Below are positions 18,090 through 27,856 of a stretch of 64,000 nt of DNA, piece after piece (within the stretch, counting starts at the first letter, position 1; each line of letters starts with the position of its first letter). The stretch lies in the NCBI GenBank assembly GCA_934446465.1, contig CAKSEF010000002.1, positions 2,083 through 66,082 of the forward strand. The letters run 5' to 3'. A model generated the notes under the pieces. That model had not been told where the DNA came from and did not search any database. It worked only from the letters and a program-made list of their open reading frames with translations. This stretch comes from an uncultured Oscillospiraceae bacterium. GTDB lineage: Bacteria > Bacillota > Clostridia > Oscillospirales > JAAYXM01. The translations under genes and the position numbers were made by a program.

Positions 18090-19163
18090 TCAATACTCCC
18101 CCAGCGCACGGGTAACAATTCTTCCTATTCCGCGCGCCATACGGAGAAAACCGAGGTCTGTCGGGTGGCAATCGTCAACCGTGCAGGAATTTGCAAACTT
18201 GCCGTCAAAAAGAGAACTACCGTAAACAAAATAAACATTTTCATCCCCGTTTTTTAACGCGTTGAGATAGGTTTCAAGAATTACCGAGCGCTGCGTCTTG
18301 CTCCGGAATCTTTTTGAGTCATTCGGAGCGGAAACAAATATAACGGGAAGGCTCGGATGCTTTTCGCGAATTTTAATGAATCCACGCTCATGCGTGCTTT
18401 TCAGATGGGCAACATCCGGTGCATTATAGTCATAATCATACACAAACGCACTCATCGAAAGCGAGGCAATATAATCCATTATCGCGTCCTCACCCTTTGC
18501 ACTTCCGGAAAAGCCGAGGTTTATGTAATCATAGTTGAGAGCTTGCGAAATAAGCGCCGGGTATGCATTTCCGGGGCGCGATGCACATCCGCCCCGGGTT
18601 ATGGACGAGCCGTAGTACACAACCGGTGTTTCGTATTTATATTTGCGCCCGTGGGTAAGCTTCGCTCCATTCCGTATCCCGACATACAGTTCGTTTACCG
18701 GATTATACAACGGGAAGTTGATTGTGATTTCCCGCATTTTTTTATCTCCAAAATGACAGATGGAAGTGTATCCGTCTGTCATGTCATAAGGCGGAACAAA
18801 CGTCTTTGTAAAGATATCGTGCCCGTCGCGGGAGACATACATATCAAAACCTGCAACACCCGTGAGCGGCATATGCGCAAAATGCGTAACGCTCGGAACG
18901 GATGCGCGGATTGCAATGTACTCTGAATCGGTAGAAAAGCGGACTCTACCGCCGGAAGTGTGGGTGTGAAGGATTGTAACCTCATCGCTTGTTGCACGGG
19001 CAACGGACTTTGGCAGACGGCGAAAAACGTCCTCGCCTTTTGCGTTGTAAAGTCCGTAAAGATCAAACGGATCTTCCTTTACGCTTCGGAAAATACAGTC
19101 CGGTGCGTCTATCTCCGCTGCAACTGCTAAATTTTTATCTACCTGAGAAATATCCTTTGACAT
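18090..19163 (-). CDS. SGNH/GDSL-type hydrolase (esterase) with N-terminal beta domain
   Basis: 357 aa. Block I is VVYYGSSITRGG, block II is LGFSGSAKGE and block V is DDCHPTDLGF (DxxH). Confidence 0.8.
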   Translation of the reverse strand: MSKDISQVDKNLAVAAEIDAPDCIFRSVKEDPFDLYGLYNAKGEDVFRRLPKSVARATSDEVTILHTHTSGGRVRFSTDSEYIAIRASVPSVTHFAHMPLTGVAGFDMYVSRDGHDIFTKTFVPPYDMTDGYTSICHFGDKKMREITINFPLYNPVNELYVGIRNGAKLTHGRKYKYETPVVYYGSSITRGGCASRPGNAYPALISQALNYDYINLGFSGSAKGEDAIMDYIASLSMSAFVYDYDYNAPDVAHLKSTHERGFIKIREKHPSLPVIFVSAPNDSKRFRSKTQRSVILETYLNALKNGDENVYFVYGSSLFDGKFANSCTVDDCHPTDLGFLRMARGIGRIVTRALGEY

Positions 19164-19966
19164 AGCAGGAACCCCCTTTAAAATATCTGTTATCTGCGAA
19201 CGATTAACAACCTATCCCCGGCAATCACTCACATATGATGAAAAATGAGTTCAAACGCGACACCGTCGGACGGACCGGCTCCGAACTTTTCCGCAACGCG
19301 GAGAAGCAATGTATCATCTGCCGTATAGAATTTTTCACAGCTCTCATCTGCAAGCAGACATTCCCGGGTGAGATTCGGATCTGTGGTATCTGCGCAGCAG
19401 GCAAAGTTTTTCGTTCTTTCGACAAGGAACATAGTATAAGTCGAATAAAACTTTATTCGGGCGGAACGGGTTTGATTGTTCGCGGCACAGATTCTTCATG
19501 TTTTGCGATTTGCGCGGATAAAACTTCATCTTAAACTCAACCGCTTTTCTAAATAACTCCGTATTGTCAAATGCGTTTTGCATATTCACGGAGTCGGCAA
19601 TACAATACAAATCATAATAGTGTACGGAATATCGCTTCGGTATTTAAGTTTTCGGGACGGTTTGCTTCGTGATGAAGTATAGTTACCTTTTTCCGAAAGG
19701 TTCTTTCTGCGGTTGGCAGTCAATATGTTTGTTTCACTTTGCTTAAATGTATTGGGATAACATGTGCAGCATACGAAGGAACAATCTTTTCGTTTATGGG
19801 AGTCCATGCGGCCAAAGAACCAATTTAAAGTCTGATGATTTGAAGCGCGGAAGCAGAGTTGAGTACATTGGGATTAATATGCTGCTTATTGCTAAATAAG
19901 AGCCGATGTGATATAATACATCTCGTTGCATCGGCTCTTTTTCTTTACAGGAGAGGAGTCAGTCAA

Positions 19967-20820
19967 ATGGGTAAAGCATTAAAGGTAAAGAATGTGGCAA
20001 AGGAATTTCTCAAAGAAAGAACGGGTTATACTGCGCAAGATTCGTTAATAAGCACGAAAAAGGCAAGAAAGATACTTCAATACACTTCCGAAAGCACGTA
20101 ATTGGTTGGAAAAAGCGAAATATAAAGATAAGTATGGCGAGATATCGGATCCGTCAGATAAGACAGCAGACAATTGGTGATTATCGGATAAACAATATCG
20201 TATGCGATTTGGCTCCGGACACACGGAGTAATTATCGCGAACGGTATGAACACAATATTCAACTGCTTATCGGCAATACGGAATTAGCAGATTGACCCAT
20301 TGCGTTGTAAAATGGTCCTAAATCAGATGAATGCAGATTATGCAGGCTCAACTAAAAGGCAAGCATACATTACGATGTGGACAATGTTAAAGTCAGCGCT
20401 TATGAATGACTTAATTACAAAGTATCCTATGAATGGAGTTTGATATACAAATCCGGTTCATGCAGTTAATGATATTAAGTTCCTTACAACGGAAGAACAA
20501 AGAGCGTAAAACATTCGCAAAACTATAATCAATATGCGTTGACTTTTGAAACCGGACCGAGAACAGGAAAAACGAGAAAGTTTTATATGTGTGATTTGGT
20601 ATTAGTCAATTGGCGTATCGGTGAACCCGCGAAAACAGTTCTTATGATACACACTTGTATAAGTTATGCGACGAGGCGTAAATCAAGAGGTTTTGTATGC
20701 ACGAACTTTTCCATACATATGAGCGCTGCTGAAAGCGGTATGCAGCCGAAGGCGTTACAAAAACTGCATGGTCATGCAGGCATTAAAACCACGACGGACA
20801 GATATGTCCCTGTCGGATGA
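19967..20820 (+). pseudogene. Tyrosine recombinase (phage-type integrase) pseudogene
   Basis: Fragments in all three frames read WLEKAKYKDKYG, NYRERYEHNIQLLIGNTELAD, GSTKRQAYITMWTMLKSALMNDLITKYPMNGV, KFLTTEEQ, LTFETGPRTG and the C-terminal AAESGMQPKALQKLHGHAGIKTTTDRYV (LGH..I.TT..Y motif with the catalytic Tyr). There are many stops and frameshifts and the catalytic core is shortened. Confidence 0.7.
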
Positions 20821-20930
20821 CTCGTTGTAGCAGTTTGAATGTAATTCAGTTACTGCTGCGGTTTGAAAAAATGGTGCAGAAATGGTGTAAACACCGCAAA
20901 CCCTTGAAAATAAAGGAGAAGTGAAGAAAA

Positions 20931-22025
20931 ATGAAATTAGGTATAGTAGGTTTGCCGAATGTCGGCAAGAGTACTCTTTTTAACGCAATAACAAACGCAG
21001 GTGCGGAGGCGGCAAACTATCCGTTCTGCACAATCGACCCGAATGTCGGAATGGTCAATGTACCCGATGCTCGGGTGGATACTCTTTCAAAAATGTACAA
21101 CACGCAGAAAACAACTTACGCAACAGTTGAATTTGTTGATATAGCCGGATTGGTAAAAGGTGCGGCGTCGGGCGAGGGTCTCGGCAACAAATTTCTTTCG
21201 CATATACGCGCGGTGGACGCGATAGTTCATGTGGTAAGATGCTTTGAGGACGAAAACATAGTTCATGTTGACGGAAAGATAGACCCCATACGCGATGTTG
21301 AAACTATAAATTACGAACTGATTCTTTCCGATATGGAGATGCTGGAGCGACGCCTTGACAGGACGCGCAAAGCCGCAAAGGGTGACAAGGGGCTCTTGCC
21401 TGAAATCGATTTGCTTGAGCGTCTGATGAAACATCTCGAAAACGGTAACAGCGCAAGAAGCTTCGAGGCAAACGATGAGGAGAGCGCGATTATATCAACG
21501 GCAGAGCTTCTCACCAACAAGCCTGTCATCTATGCCGCAAACCTGTCCGAAACCGATTTTTCCGACGGCATTGACAAAAACGAGAATTACAAAAAACTCA
21601 AATCCTATGCGGAAGCCGAGGGTTCGCAGATAATTCCGATATGTGCAAAACTCGAAGCGGAGATATTGGAGCTTGACGAGGAGGAACGCGAAATGTTCCT
21701 CGCAGAGCTTGGGCTCTCGCAGTCGGGGCTCGACAGAATGATTCAGGCGTGCTACTCGCTTTTGGGTCTTATATCGTATCTTACCGCAGGGACGCCCGAG
21801 GTGCGCGCATGGACGATTAAAAAGGGAACGAAAGCACCGCAGGCCGCGGGAAAGATACACAGCGATTTTGAACGCGGATTTATACGGGCGGAGGTTATCC
21901 GATACAATGACCTCGTAGAGTGCGGTTCTGCCGCTGCCGCGCGTGAACGCGGACTCATGCGCAGTGAAGGCAAGGACTACGTAGTTGAAGACGGTGATGT
22001 AATTTTGTTTAGATTCAACGTCTGA
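20931..22025 (+). CDS. ychF: Redox-regulated ATPase YchF
   Basis: 364 aa with the P-loop [13 protein letters not shown] and the characteristic C-terminus [17 protein letters not shown]. Confidence 0.95.
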   Translation: MKLGIVGLPNVGKSTLFNAITNAGAEAANYPFCTIDPNVGMVNVPDARVDTLSKMYNTQKTTYATVEFVDIAGLVKGAASGEGLGNKFLSHIRAVDAIVHVVRCFEDENIVHVDGKIDPIRDVETINYELILSDMEMLERRLDRTRKAAKGDKGLLPEIDLLERLMKHLENGNSARSFEANDEESAIISTAELLTNKPVIYAANLSETDFSDGIDKNENYKKLKSYAEAEGSQIIPICAKLEAEILELDEEEREMFLAELGLSQSGLDRMIQACYSLLGLISYLTAGTPEVRAWTIKKGTKAPQAAGKIHSDFERGFIRAEVIRYNDLVECGSAAAARERGLMRSEGKDYVVEDGDVILFRFNV

Positions 22026-22046
22026 TTGTTTTTTTGTATATTGCAG

Positions 22047-22087
22047 GCACCTTCGGGCTAAAATATGCTCGGAGGTGCTTTTAATTG
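22047..22087 (+). terminator. ychF terminator hairpin whose 3' arm contains the RBS of the next gene
   Basis: The stem GCACCTTCGGGC / GCTCGGAGGTGC (two G-U pairs) is followed by TTTTAATT. The GGAGGTG inside the 3' arm lies 6 nt upstream of the TTG start at 22085. Confidence 0.55.
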
Positions 22088-22855
22088 AAGGGATATTCTA
22101 ATTTTTTAAAAAAAGCAGCACGGGGCGGTTTCTATATCGTCTTGTTCCTGTGCTTATCGGCAATAGGAATTTCAAGCTATGTGATGCACAAAGCAAAGGA
22201 CTCGGCGGAAAAGGTTAAGGAGCAGATTGATGTACAGAGTGCGCTCACCATTCCGTTTCCGAAAGAAGACGAAATGTTGTATGATTCGGGAAAAGCGGTA
22301 GAGGAGAAGACACCGGCAAAGAAGAACACAGAGACAAAGCAGGTGCAGACAGAGAAAAAGACCGAACAGAAAACAACCGCAAAAACCACCAAAAAAGCGG
22401 CAGGCACTCCCGCCGTAAGTACCGCGGGGAACGCAAAAAGTACGTATACAATGGCGGTAAGCGGAGCGGTAATGTCGCCGTTTTCGGGCGATGAGCTTGT
22501 CAAGAGCAAGACCATGGGTGATTGGCGCGTACATTCCGGAGTAGATATCAAAGCTAACGTGGGAACGGACGTAAAATGTATTGCCGACGGTACGGTAATA
22601 AGCACGGAAAACGATACAATGATGGGAAATACCGTAAAAATAGAACATTCGGGCGGTATTGTCAGCATATATTCAAACCTCGATGAAAAGTTCGCCGTTA
22701 AAAAAGGTGAAACCGTAAAAGCAGGCGCCGTTATAGGCAAAGTCGGAGAGAGTGCACTTGCGGAATGTATGGAGGAAAAGCATCTTCATCTTGAGGTTAC
22801 AAAAAACGGGAAATGTATTGACCCGCTCTCCCTGTTTCCGGAAGGCAAGGAATAG
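22085..22855 (+). CDS. Membrane-anchored M23 family metallopeptidase (LytM domain)
   Basis: 256 aa with an N-terminal TM helix and a K/T/E-rich linker. The LytM motifs are HSGVDI, GNTVKIEHSGGIVSIYSNL and HLHLEV. Confidence 0.85.
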   Translation: MKGYSNFLKKAARGGFYIVLFLCLSAIGISSYVMHKAKDSAEKVKEQIDVQSALTIPFPKEDEMLYDSGKAVEEKTPAKKNTETKQVQTEKKTEQKTTAKTTKKAAGTPAVSTAGNAKSTYTMAVSGAVMSPFSGDELVKSKTMGDWRVHSGVDIKANVGTDVKCIADGTVISTENDTMMGNTVKIEHSGGIVSIYSNLDEKFAVKKGETVKAGAVIGKVGESALAECMEEKHLHLEVTKNGKCIDPLSLFPEGKE

Positions 22856-22923
22856 CATATTCAATTATTTTGTCAAAACGGAGGCAGAAAACACATTAAG
22901 CATATAGTATAATCTACAGTGTC

Positions 22924-22957
22924 AGGACGTGTGCATCAGCACACGTCCTTATTTTTA
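22924..22957 (+). terminator. Intrinsic terminator at the left boundary of the phage-like module
   Basis: The perfect 10-bp stem AGGACGTGTG / CACACGTCCT has a 6-nt loop and is followed by TATTTTTA. Confidence 0.6.
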
Positions 22958-22975
22958 GGAAAGGAGGTGTGTACA

Positions 22976-23254
22976 TTGGCGGAAAAAAACGCAACTATAC
23001 GCGGTGAGCTCTTAAAGATTATCCGCAGAAAGGTTGACCCGTCATATGCGGAAAATCTTGGGATTCTTGACGGCAGGAAAAAGAGCCTCAGCGTGTGCCG
23101 TGCGATAGCCTTGGCGCAGGTGAAAAAGGGACTCGAAGGCGACCTGAAGGCCGCGGAGTTCATCGAGAATGTGCTTTCCGACGATGTCGGGGAAGAAAAT
23201 AACGGCGCGGAGTTCAGAGTGGAACTGAAGGTGGTCGGAGATGATAGAGCTTAG
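22976..23254 (+). CDS. Small terminase-like protein (short, no obvious HTH)
   Basis: The TTG start lies 8 nt after AGGAGGTG, whereas the track start at 22919 lies inside the terminator. The gene overlaps the terL start by 14 nt. The helical segment ...SVCRAIALAQVKKGLEGDLKAAEFIENV resembles the C-terminal part of some TerS proteins. The call rests mainly on position. Confidence 0.35.
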   Translation: MAEKNATIRGELLKIIRRKVDPSYAENLGILDGRKKSLSVCRAIALAQVKKGLEGDLKAAEFIENVLSDDVGEENNGAEFRVELKVVGDDRA

Positions 23255-24557
23255 CATAACTCCGCGTCAGCGCGCTTTTATAAGCGCATCAGCGGGTGAA
23301 GTTCTTTTCGGAGGTGCGGCGGGCGGCGGCAAATCTTACGGACAGGTGATAGATGCGTTCCTGTTTTCGCTCAAATATCCGCGCTCAAAACAGCTTATAT
23401 TGCGAAGGACATTCCCGGAACTCGATAAGTCGATAATAAGAACGGTTCTCGGACTTTACCCGCAGTCGGTGTTTTCGTATAAGGCAGCGCGCCACGAGGG
23501 GATATTCAAAAACGGCTCAATCATAGATTTCGGGTACTGCGACAATGAACGCGATGTATACCGATATCAGTCGGCGGAATACGATGTCATCCGCTTTGAC
23601 GAGCTTACTCACTTTACCGAAGAAATGTATGTCTATCTCATTTCGCGCGTCCGCGGGACGAACGGATATCCAAAGCAGATAAAAAGCACGACAAATCCCG
23701 GCGGTATCGGGCACGGTTGGGTAAAGGCACGGTTTATCGATATCGGAGAGCCCGACTGCGAACATCTCGGACGCATTTTCATTCCGTCGCGTGTGTCGGA
23801 CAACGTCTTTCTAATGAAGAACGACCCCGGGTATAAGGCACGGCTTGAAATGCTGTCAAAAAAAGACCGCGAGGCGCTACTCTACGGAAACTGGGACATT
23901 TTTGACGGTCAGTATTTCACGGAATGGCGTCGCGAAATTCACGTGATAAGACCGTTTGAAATTCAGCCCGAGTGGCGCAGGTATTTCGTTATGGACTACG
24001 GCCTTGATATGCTCGCCGGGTATTGGATTGCACTGGATATGTACGGCAGGGCATACGTGTACCGCGAGGTTTATCGGAGCGGACTGATAATCTCGGAGGC
24101 CGCAGCAATGATACGCGAGTGCGGAAAGGGTGATAAGGTACATGCAAATATCGCCCCGCCCGACCTTTGGAACCGCCGTCAGGACACAGGTAAAAGCGCG
24201 GCGGAAATATTTGCCGAAAACGGGGTGCCGCTTGTCCGCGCGAATAACGACAGGGTCCAGGGGTGGTATAACCTTAAGGAATGGCTCGCGCCGTTCCGCG
24301 ACGAAACGGGTAAAATGTGTGCAAATCTCCGCATATTTTCAAACTGCGTGAATTTGATACGCACGCTTCCGAGCGTCAATATCGACAGCAAAAACCCGAA
24401 TGACGTTGCGGGAAGTCCGCACGAACTCACCCATGCCCCGGATGCAATACGTTATTTCGTGGCAGGGAGACCTGCTCCCGCAGTCCCTTCCGTTGTGCAG
24501 GACGACGATGCTCCGGAATTTGACAGGCAGGTCGAGGATATGCTCGGCTTTTGCTGA
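23241..24557 (+). CDS. terL: Phage terminase large subunit
   Basis: 438 aa with Walker A FGGAAGGGKS, Walker B/coupling YDVIRFDELTHF and a C-terminal nuclease half (FVMDYGLD...). Confidence 0.85.
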   Translation: MIELSITPRQRAFISASAGEVLFGGAAGGGKSYGQVIDAFLFSLKYPRSKQLILRRTFPELDKSIIRTVLGLYPQSVFSYKAARHEGIFKNGSIIDFGYCDNERDVYRYQSAEYDVIRFDELTHFTEEMYVYLISRVRGTNGYPKQIKSTTNPGGIGHGWVKARFIDIGEPDCEHLGRIFIPSRVSDNVFLMKNDPGYKARLEMLSKKDREALLYGNWDIFDGQYFTEWRREIHVIRPFEIQPEWRRYFVMDYGLDMLAGYWIALDMYGRAYVYREVYRSGLIISEAAAMIRECGKGDKVHANIAPPDLWNRRQDTGKSAAEIFAENGVPLVRANNDRVQGWYNLKEWLAPFRDETGKMCANLRIFSNCVNLIRTLPSVNIDSKNPNDVAGSPHELTHAPDAIRYFVAGRPAPAVPSVVQDDDAPEFDRQVEDMLGFC

Positions 24558-24573
24558 TTGTGAAAGGAGAATA

Positions 24574-24747
24574 ATGAATATAACTGTATCAAGAACAGAT
24601 AACTTGGAACTTTTAAAACAAATCCGCGCGAGGGAAAAGGAAATAGCCGTACTTGACCTGCGGATTAATGCGCTCGAGCGCGAGCAAAACGCAATACTGC
24701 GGAATATAGACACAATATTTGAAATGCTGGACGGCGCGGAGGTGTAA
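24574..24747 (+). CDS. Hypothetical 57-aa coiled-coil protein
   Basis: RBS AAAGGAGA precedes the ATG. The sequence is MNITVSRTDNLELLKQIRAREKEIAVLDLRINALEREQNAILRNIDTIFEMLDGAEV. The stop is 1 nt before the next start. Confidence 0.5.
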   Translation: MNITVSRTDNLELLKQIRAREKEIAVLDLRINALEREQNAILRNIDTIFEMLDGAEV

Positions 24748-24748
24748 A

Positions 24749-26815
24749 ATGGCAAGAAAAACACGGCTTTCATCGGTGAGCCCGAACAGCGTATACACAA
24801 AACGCTATGAGAAATTCCGAGGCGTTGACTTCTCCAAGGACGAGTCAAAGGTAGACGATGTCCACTCCCCGTCGGGAAAAAACCTGATATCAGACACTGG
24901 CGGTTTTCCCGAAAAGAGAGTGGGCTGGCGAAAAATACACTCCTTCGGAAACAAAATTAACGGCATATACGGCTTTGAAGGCGAAAACGGTTCGTACCTG
25001 ATAGTACATTCGGGAACAGGGCTCTTTAAATATGAAAACGGCGAAAGCACGGAGCTACTCAGCGGGATAACGGATAAAATCTCATGCGGAAAGTATTTCA
25101 AAGGGAAGATCTGCATACTCACGGGCGGAGAGTATATTGTGTACGACGGAGAGACCGCCTCAAAGGTTTCCGCAAGAGACGACGTTTACGCCCCGATAAC
25201 GCACATTTCGCGACAGCCAATGGCTATCGGCATTGCCAATTCACCGTCCTCCGACGATACGTTCAAGGCATGGAACAATGAGGGAAGTCTTTTGGACAGA
25301 AACTCAAAGGAGGTATACATGGGAAAGACTCCCGATGAGGTAATGATTAACCTCGTATCTCCGAGAAGAAGAAACTGCTTTGAGATTAAAGGGAGCTCGC
25401 GGGATGCAATAATTCTCGACAGTACGATTGACGCGGGAACGCGCGTCGTTATGAAATGTATCCTCACGGGGAAAACACTCTTCGATGTTGTGTACGACGG
25501 CAGCAAATATCAAAAATTTTGTACAAGAGATAACGGCTCAGAGGGCGTAAACCTTGACGGACTGAACATTATGGAACTCGGTGCGAATAATTTGCCTGTC
25601 AGTATAATAATAGGGAACTCGGAATACAACAAGGCGGGCTTTATAATATGCCAGATCAAACAGGGCATGAACGATATCTACGCATATACGGAAGGCGTCG
25701 ACAATTTCTCGGTGGAGTTTTCTCATACCGTAGAGGGATATGCCGACAGAATAGACAAATGCACTGTAATGGATGTCTTTGAAAACCGCATATTCTTTTC
25801 GGGAAACCCCGACTATCCGAATACGGACTGGTGCTCGGGCGTAAACGACCCAATGTTTATTCCCGATATAAACTACACGGAAATAGGAGTGGACTCCACA
25901 AAAATAGTCGGGTATCTGCGCACGGGAAGCGAACAGGCAATACTAAAGGAAGACGGCGAGGACGCGACAATTTATATGCGTTCGAGCACATCGCAGACGG
26001 ATGGCAGGGTGATTTTTCCGATAAGACAGGGCGTGTCAGGTATAGGTGCTGTGGCAGAACGGTCAGTATGCACCGTTCTCGACGACCCCGTTTATCTTTC
26101 GCGCAACGGCGTGTATGCGGTTGCGACACAGGATATATCAAAGGAACGCTCCCTTAACCCGCGCTCGACCCGCATAAATAACAGACTTCTCAGAGAAAAC
26201 GGACTTGAAAATGCACACATCTGCGAATGGGACGGAAAACTGCTTCTTGCATTGAACGGAGTCTGCTATGTCGCAGACACTTCACAAAAGGTCTATACGT
26301 CCAACTTCTCGAACGCCTTTGAGTATGAATGGTACTATTGGACCAATATCCCCGCACGGACTTTCTTTGAATGTAAAGGGGAACTGTTCTTCGGAACGGA
26401 GTCGGGATTTTTGTGTGAGTTTAATTCCGATATGCTCAATGAGAACGGAGAACTGAAAGCGGAAGCATATTCGGATGACGGACAGGCAATAGTTGCGGAA
26501 TGGTCAACCAACCTCTCCGACGACGGCGACTTCATGAGAGAAAAGACGCTCCAGAAAATAGGATCGGGCGTTTTTCTGCGGGGAAGGCAAACCTACACGG
26601 GAATTTCTGTATACGTCAGAACGGACAAGGAGAAAACAGAGCAGGTAAGCTGTGCGTCATTCTCCGGAAAAGGCTATATGGCAGTGCCCCTCAATACGCG
26701 CATTAAAAAATACGGAGCAATACAGGTCATATGCCGAAACGATAAGGTAAATGAGCCGTTCGGCATATGCGGAATAACGCGCAGATTTACCTGCGGACAC
26801 GCAATAAAGAAGTAA
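24749..26815 (+). CDS. Hypothetical 688-aa phage-module protein (beta-rich, propeller-like by eye)
   Basis: The ATG at 24749 follows GGAGGTG. I recognise no family. Repeated strand-turn motifs occur (NGIYGFEGENGSYLIVHSGTGLFKYENG, GKICILTGGEYIVYDG, GELFFGTESGFLCEF). Confidence 0.6.
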   Translation: MARKTRLSSVSPNSVYTKRYEKFRGVDFSKDESKVDDVHSPSGKNLISDTGGFPEKRVGWRKIHSFGNKINGIYGFEGENGSYLIVHSGTGLFKYENGESTELLSGITDKISCGKYFKGKICILTGGEYIVYDGETASKVSARDDVYAPITHISRQPMAIGIANSPSSDDTFKAWNNEGSLLDRNSKEVYMGKTPDEVMINLVSPRRRNCFEIKGSSRDAIILDSTIDAGTRVVMKCILTGKTLFDVVYDGSKYQKFCTRDNGSEGVNLDGLNIMELGANNLPVSIIIGNSEYNKAGFIICQIKQGMNDIYAYTEGVDNFSVEFSHTVEGYADRIDKCTVMDVFENRIFFSGNPDYPNTDWCSGVNDPMFIPDINYTEIGVDSTKIVGYLRTGSEQAILKEDGEDATIYMRSSTSQTDGRVIFPIRQGVSGIGAVAERSVCTVLDDPVYLSRNGVYAVATQDISKERSLNPRSTRINNRLLRENGLENAHICEWDGKLLLALNGVCYVADTSQKVYTSNFSNAFEYEWYYWTNIPARTFFECKGELFFGTESGFLCEFNSDMLNENGELKAEAYSDDGQAIVAEWSTNLSDDGDFMREKTLQKIGSGVFLRGRQTYTGISVYVRTDKEKTEQVSCASFSGKGYMAVPLNTRIKKYGAIQVICRNDKVNEPFGICGITRRFTCGHAIKK

Positions 26816-26827
26816 GGAGGCTAATAT

Positions 26828-27856
26828 ATGGCAGGACAAAAGGTAACTAAGGTATCTTACCGAACAAGAGACGGAAAAAACGAAACGGGATACATCATAA
26901 ACGGAAAAACATATAAGGACTCGGCGGGAAAAACGCGAATTGACGTCGGTTCAACAGTCGACACCGCGGGCGGAACATACACACTGACCGCAAACGGCAG
27001 TGTTAAGACTCCGTGGAGTGTGCGCGATGATTTAATAAGGGGTTACGAGGAAGCACAGAAAAATCTCGACAGCAGCTACAATCAGAAAAGGCGCGCAATC
27101 AAACTCGCAACGGATAATGCGCTGTATCAGATTTCAAGAAGCAAGTCTGCCGCAGAATCGGGATATGCCGACGCCAACAGAAGCGCGTATCAGGCGTATA
27201 TAAATGCGTCAAACCCCTACGGCGCGGCTGAGGAACAGCGCGCAAGAGTGGGACTTTCAAATTCGGGATATGCTGAAAGCTCAAAAATGAAGCTCGCCGA
27301 CACATACCAGCAGGCCCTAAACAACAACGCACGGGAGAAGAATGAATACCTTGCCGAGCTTGAGGACGCACGGCGCAATGCAATATATAACGGTGAGATT
27401 GAGGCGGCAAACGCAATAAGCGAGTATGCAAAGCTTGTGTACCGGCACGGTATACAGGCTGCGGAAAAAATTGCCGAGCAGTCAAACTATGCCTATAAAA
27501 CGGGTATTGAAGCAAACGATTCATTGGAAGAGCGCAGGCGTTACAGCGCGGAACAGGCGCGACTTGACAGAAAGGAAAAAACCGACCGCGAAAACGAACT
27601 GTGGGAACGCAATTTCAAAACGAATCAGGAAAATTTCGACAGGCAGTATAAAAACTCACAGCTCGCAATGTCAAGAGCGAGACTCGCAAGGAGCGGGTCG
27701 TCATCATCCAAGAAGGATGACGATAAATGGGAAAAGGCAAGAAAGCTCGCTTCACTCGGCATAGCTTCCGAGGAGATAGCTGCTGAGCTCGGCGTTACAT
27801 TGGAACAGCTCCGCGACGGTATATACGGAAGCAGAAAGAGAAGGTCGGCAACGTGA
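26828..27856 (+). CDS. Hypothetical 342-aa protein (small beta N-terminus, long Q/A/E/R-rich helical region, basic tail)
   Basis: RBS AAGGAGG. I recognise no family. The composition resembles phage scaffold or internal/ejection proteins, but that is only an inference. Confidence 0.55.
   Translation: MAGQKVTKVSYRTRDGKNETGYIINGKTYKDSAGKTRIDVGSTVDTAGGTYTLTANGSVKTPWSVRDDLIRGYEEAQKNLDSSYNQKRRAIKLATDNALYQISRSKSAAESGYADANRSAYQAYINASNPYGAAEEQRARVGLSNSGYAESSKMKLADTYQQALNNNAREKNEYLAELEDARRNAIYNGEIEAANAISEYAKLVYRHGIQAAEKIAEQSNYAYKTGIEANDSLEERRRYSAEQARLDRKEKTDRENELWERNFKTNQENFDRQYKNSQLAMSRARLARSGSSSSKKDDDKWEKARKLASLGIASEEIAAELGVTLEQLRDGIYGSRKRRSAT

Noticed and set aside
19229-19810. AbiEii/DUF1814-like toxin remnant
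   Set aside because: The only support is a short HYYDLY-containing fragment. Other frames do not support the family, so it is mentioned under the decayed island rather than called as a feature.
22290-22440. K/T/E/Q-rich repetitive stretch as a possible DNA repeat
   Set aside because: It is a low-complexity linker (KKNTETKQVQTEKKTEQKTTAKTTKKAAG) within the M23 peptidase ORF, between the TM anchor and the LytM domain.
22085-22855. The M23 peptidase as the endolysin of the phage-like module
   Set aside because: It is separated from the module by a strong terminator. It has an N-terminal membrane anchor and long linker like housekeeping or sporulation LytM proteins. It also lies upstream rather than at the lysis position. 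A link cannot be excluded but is not supported.
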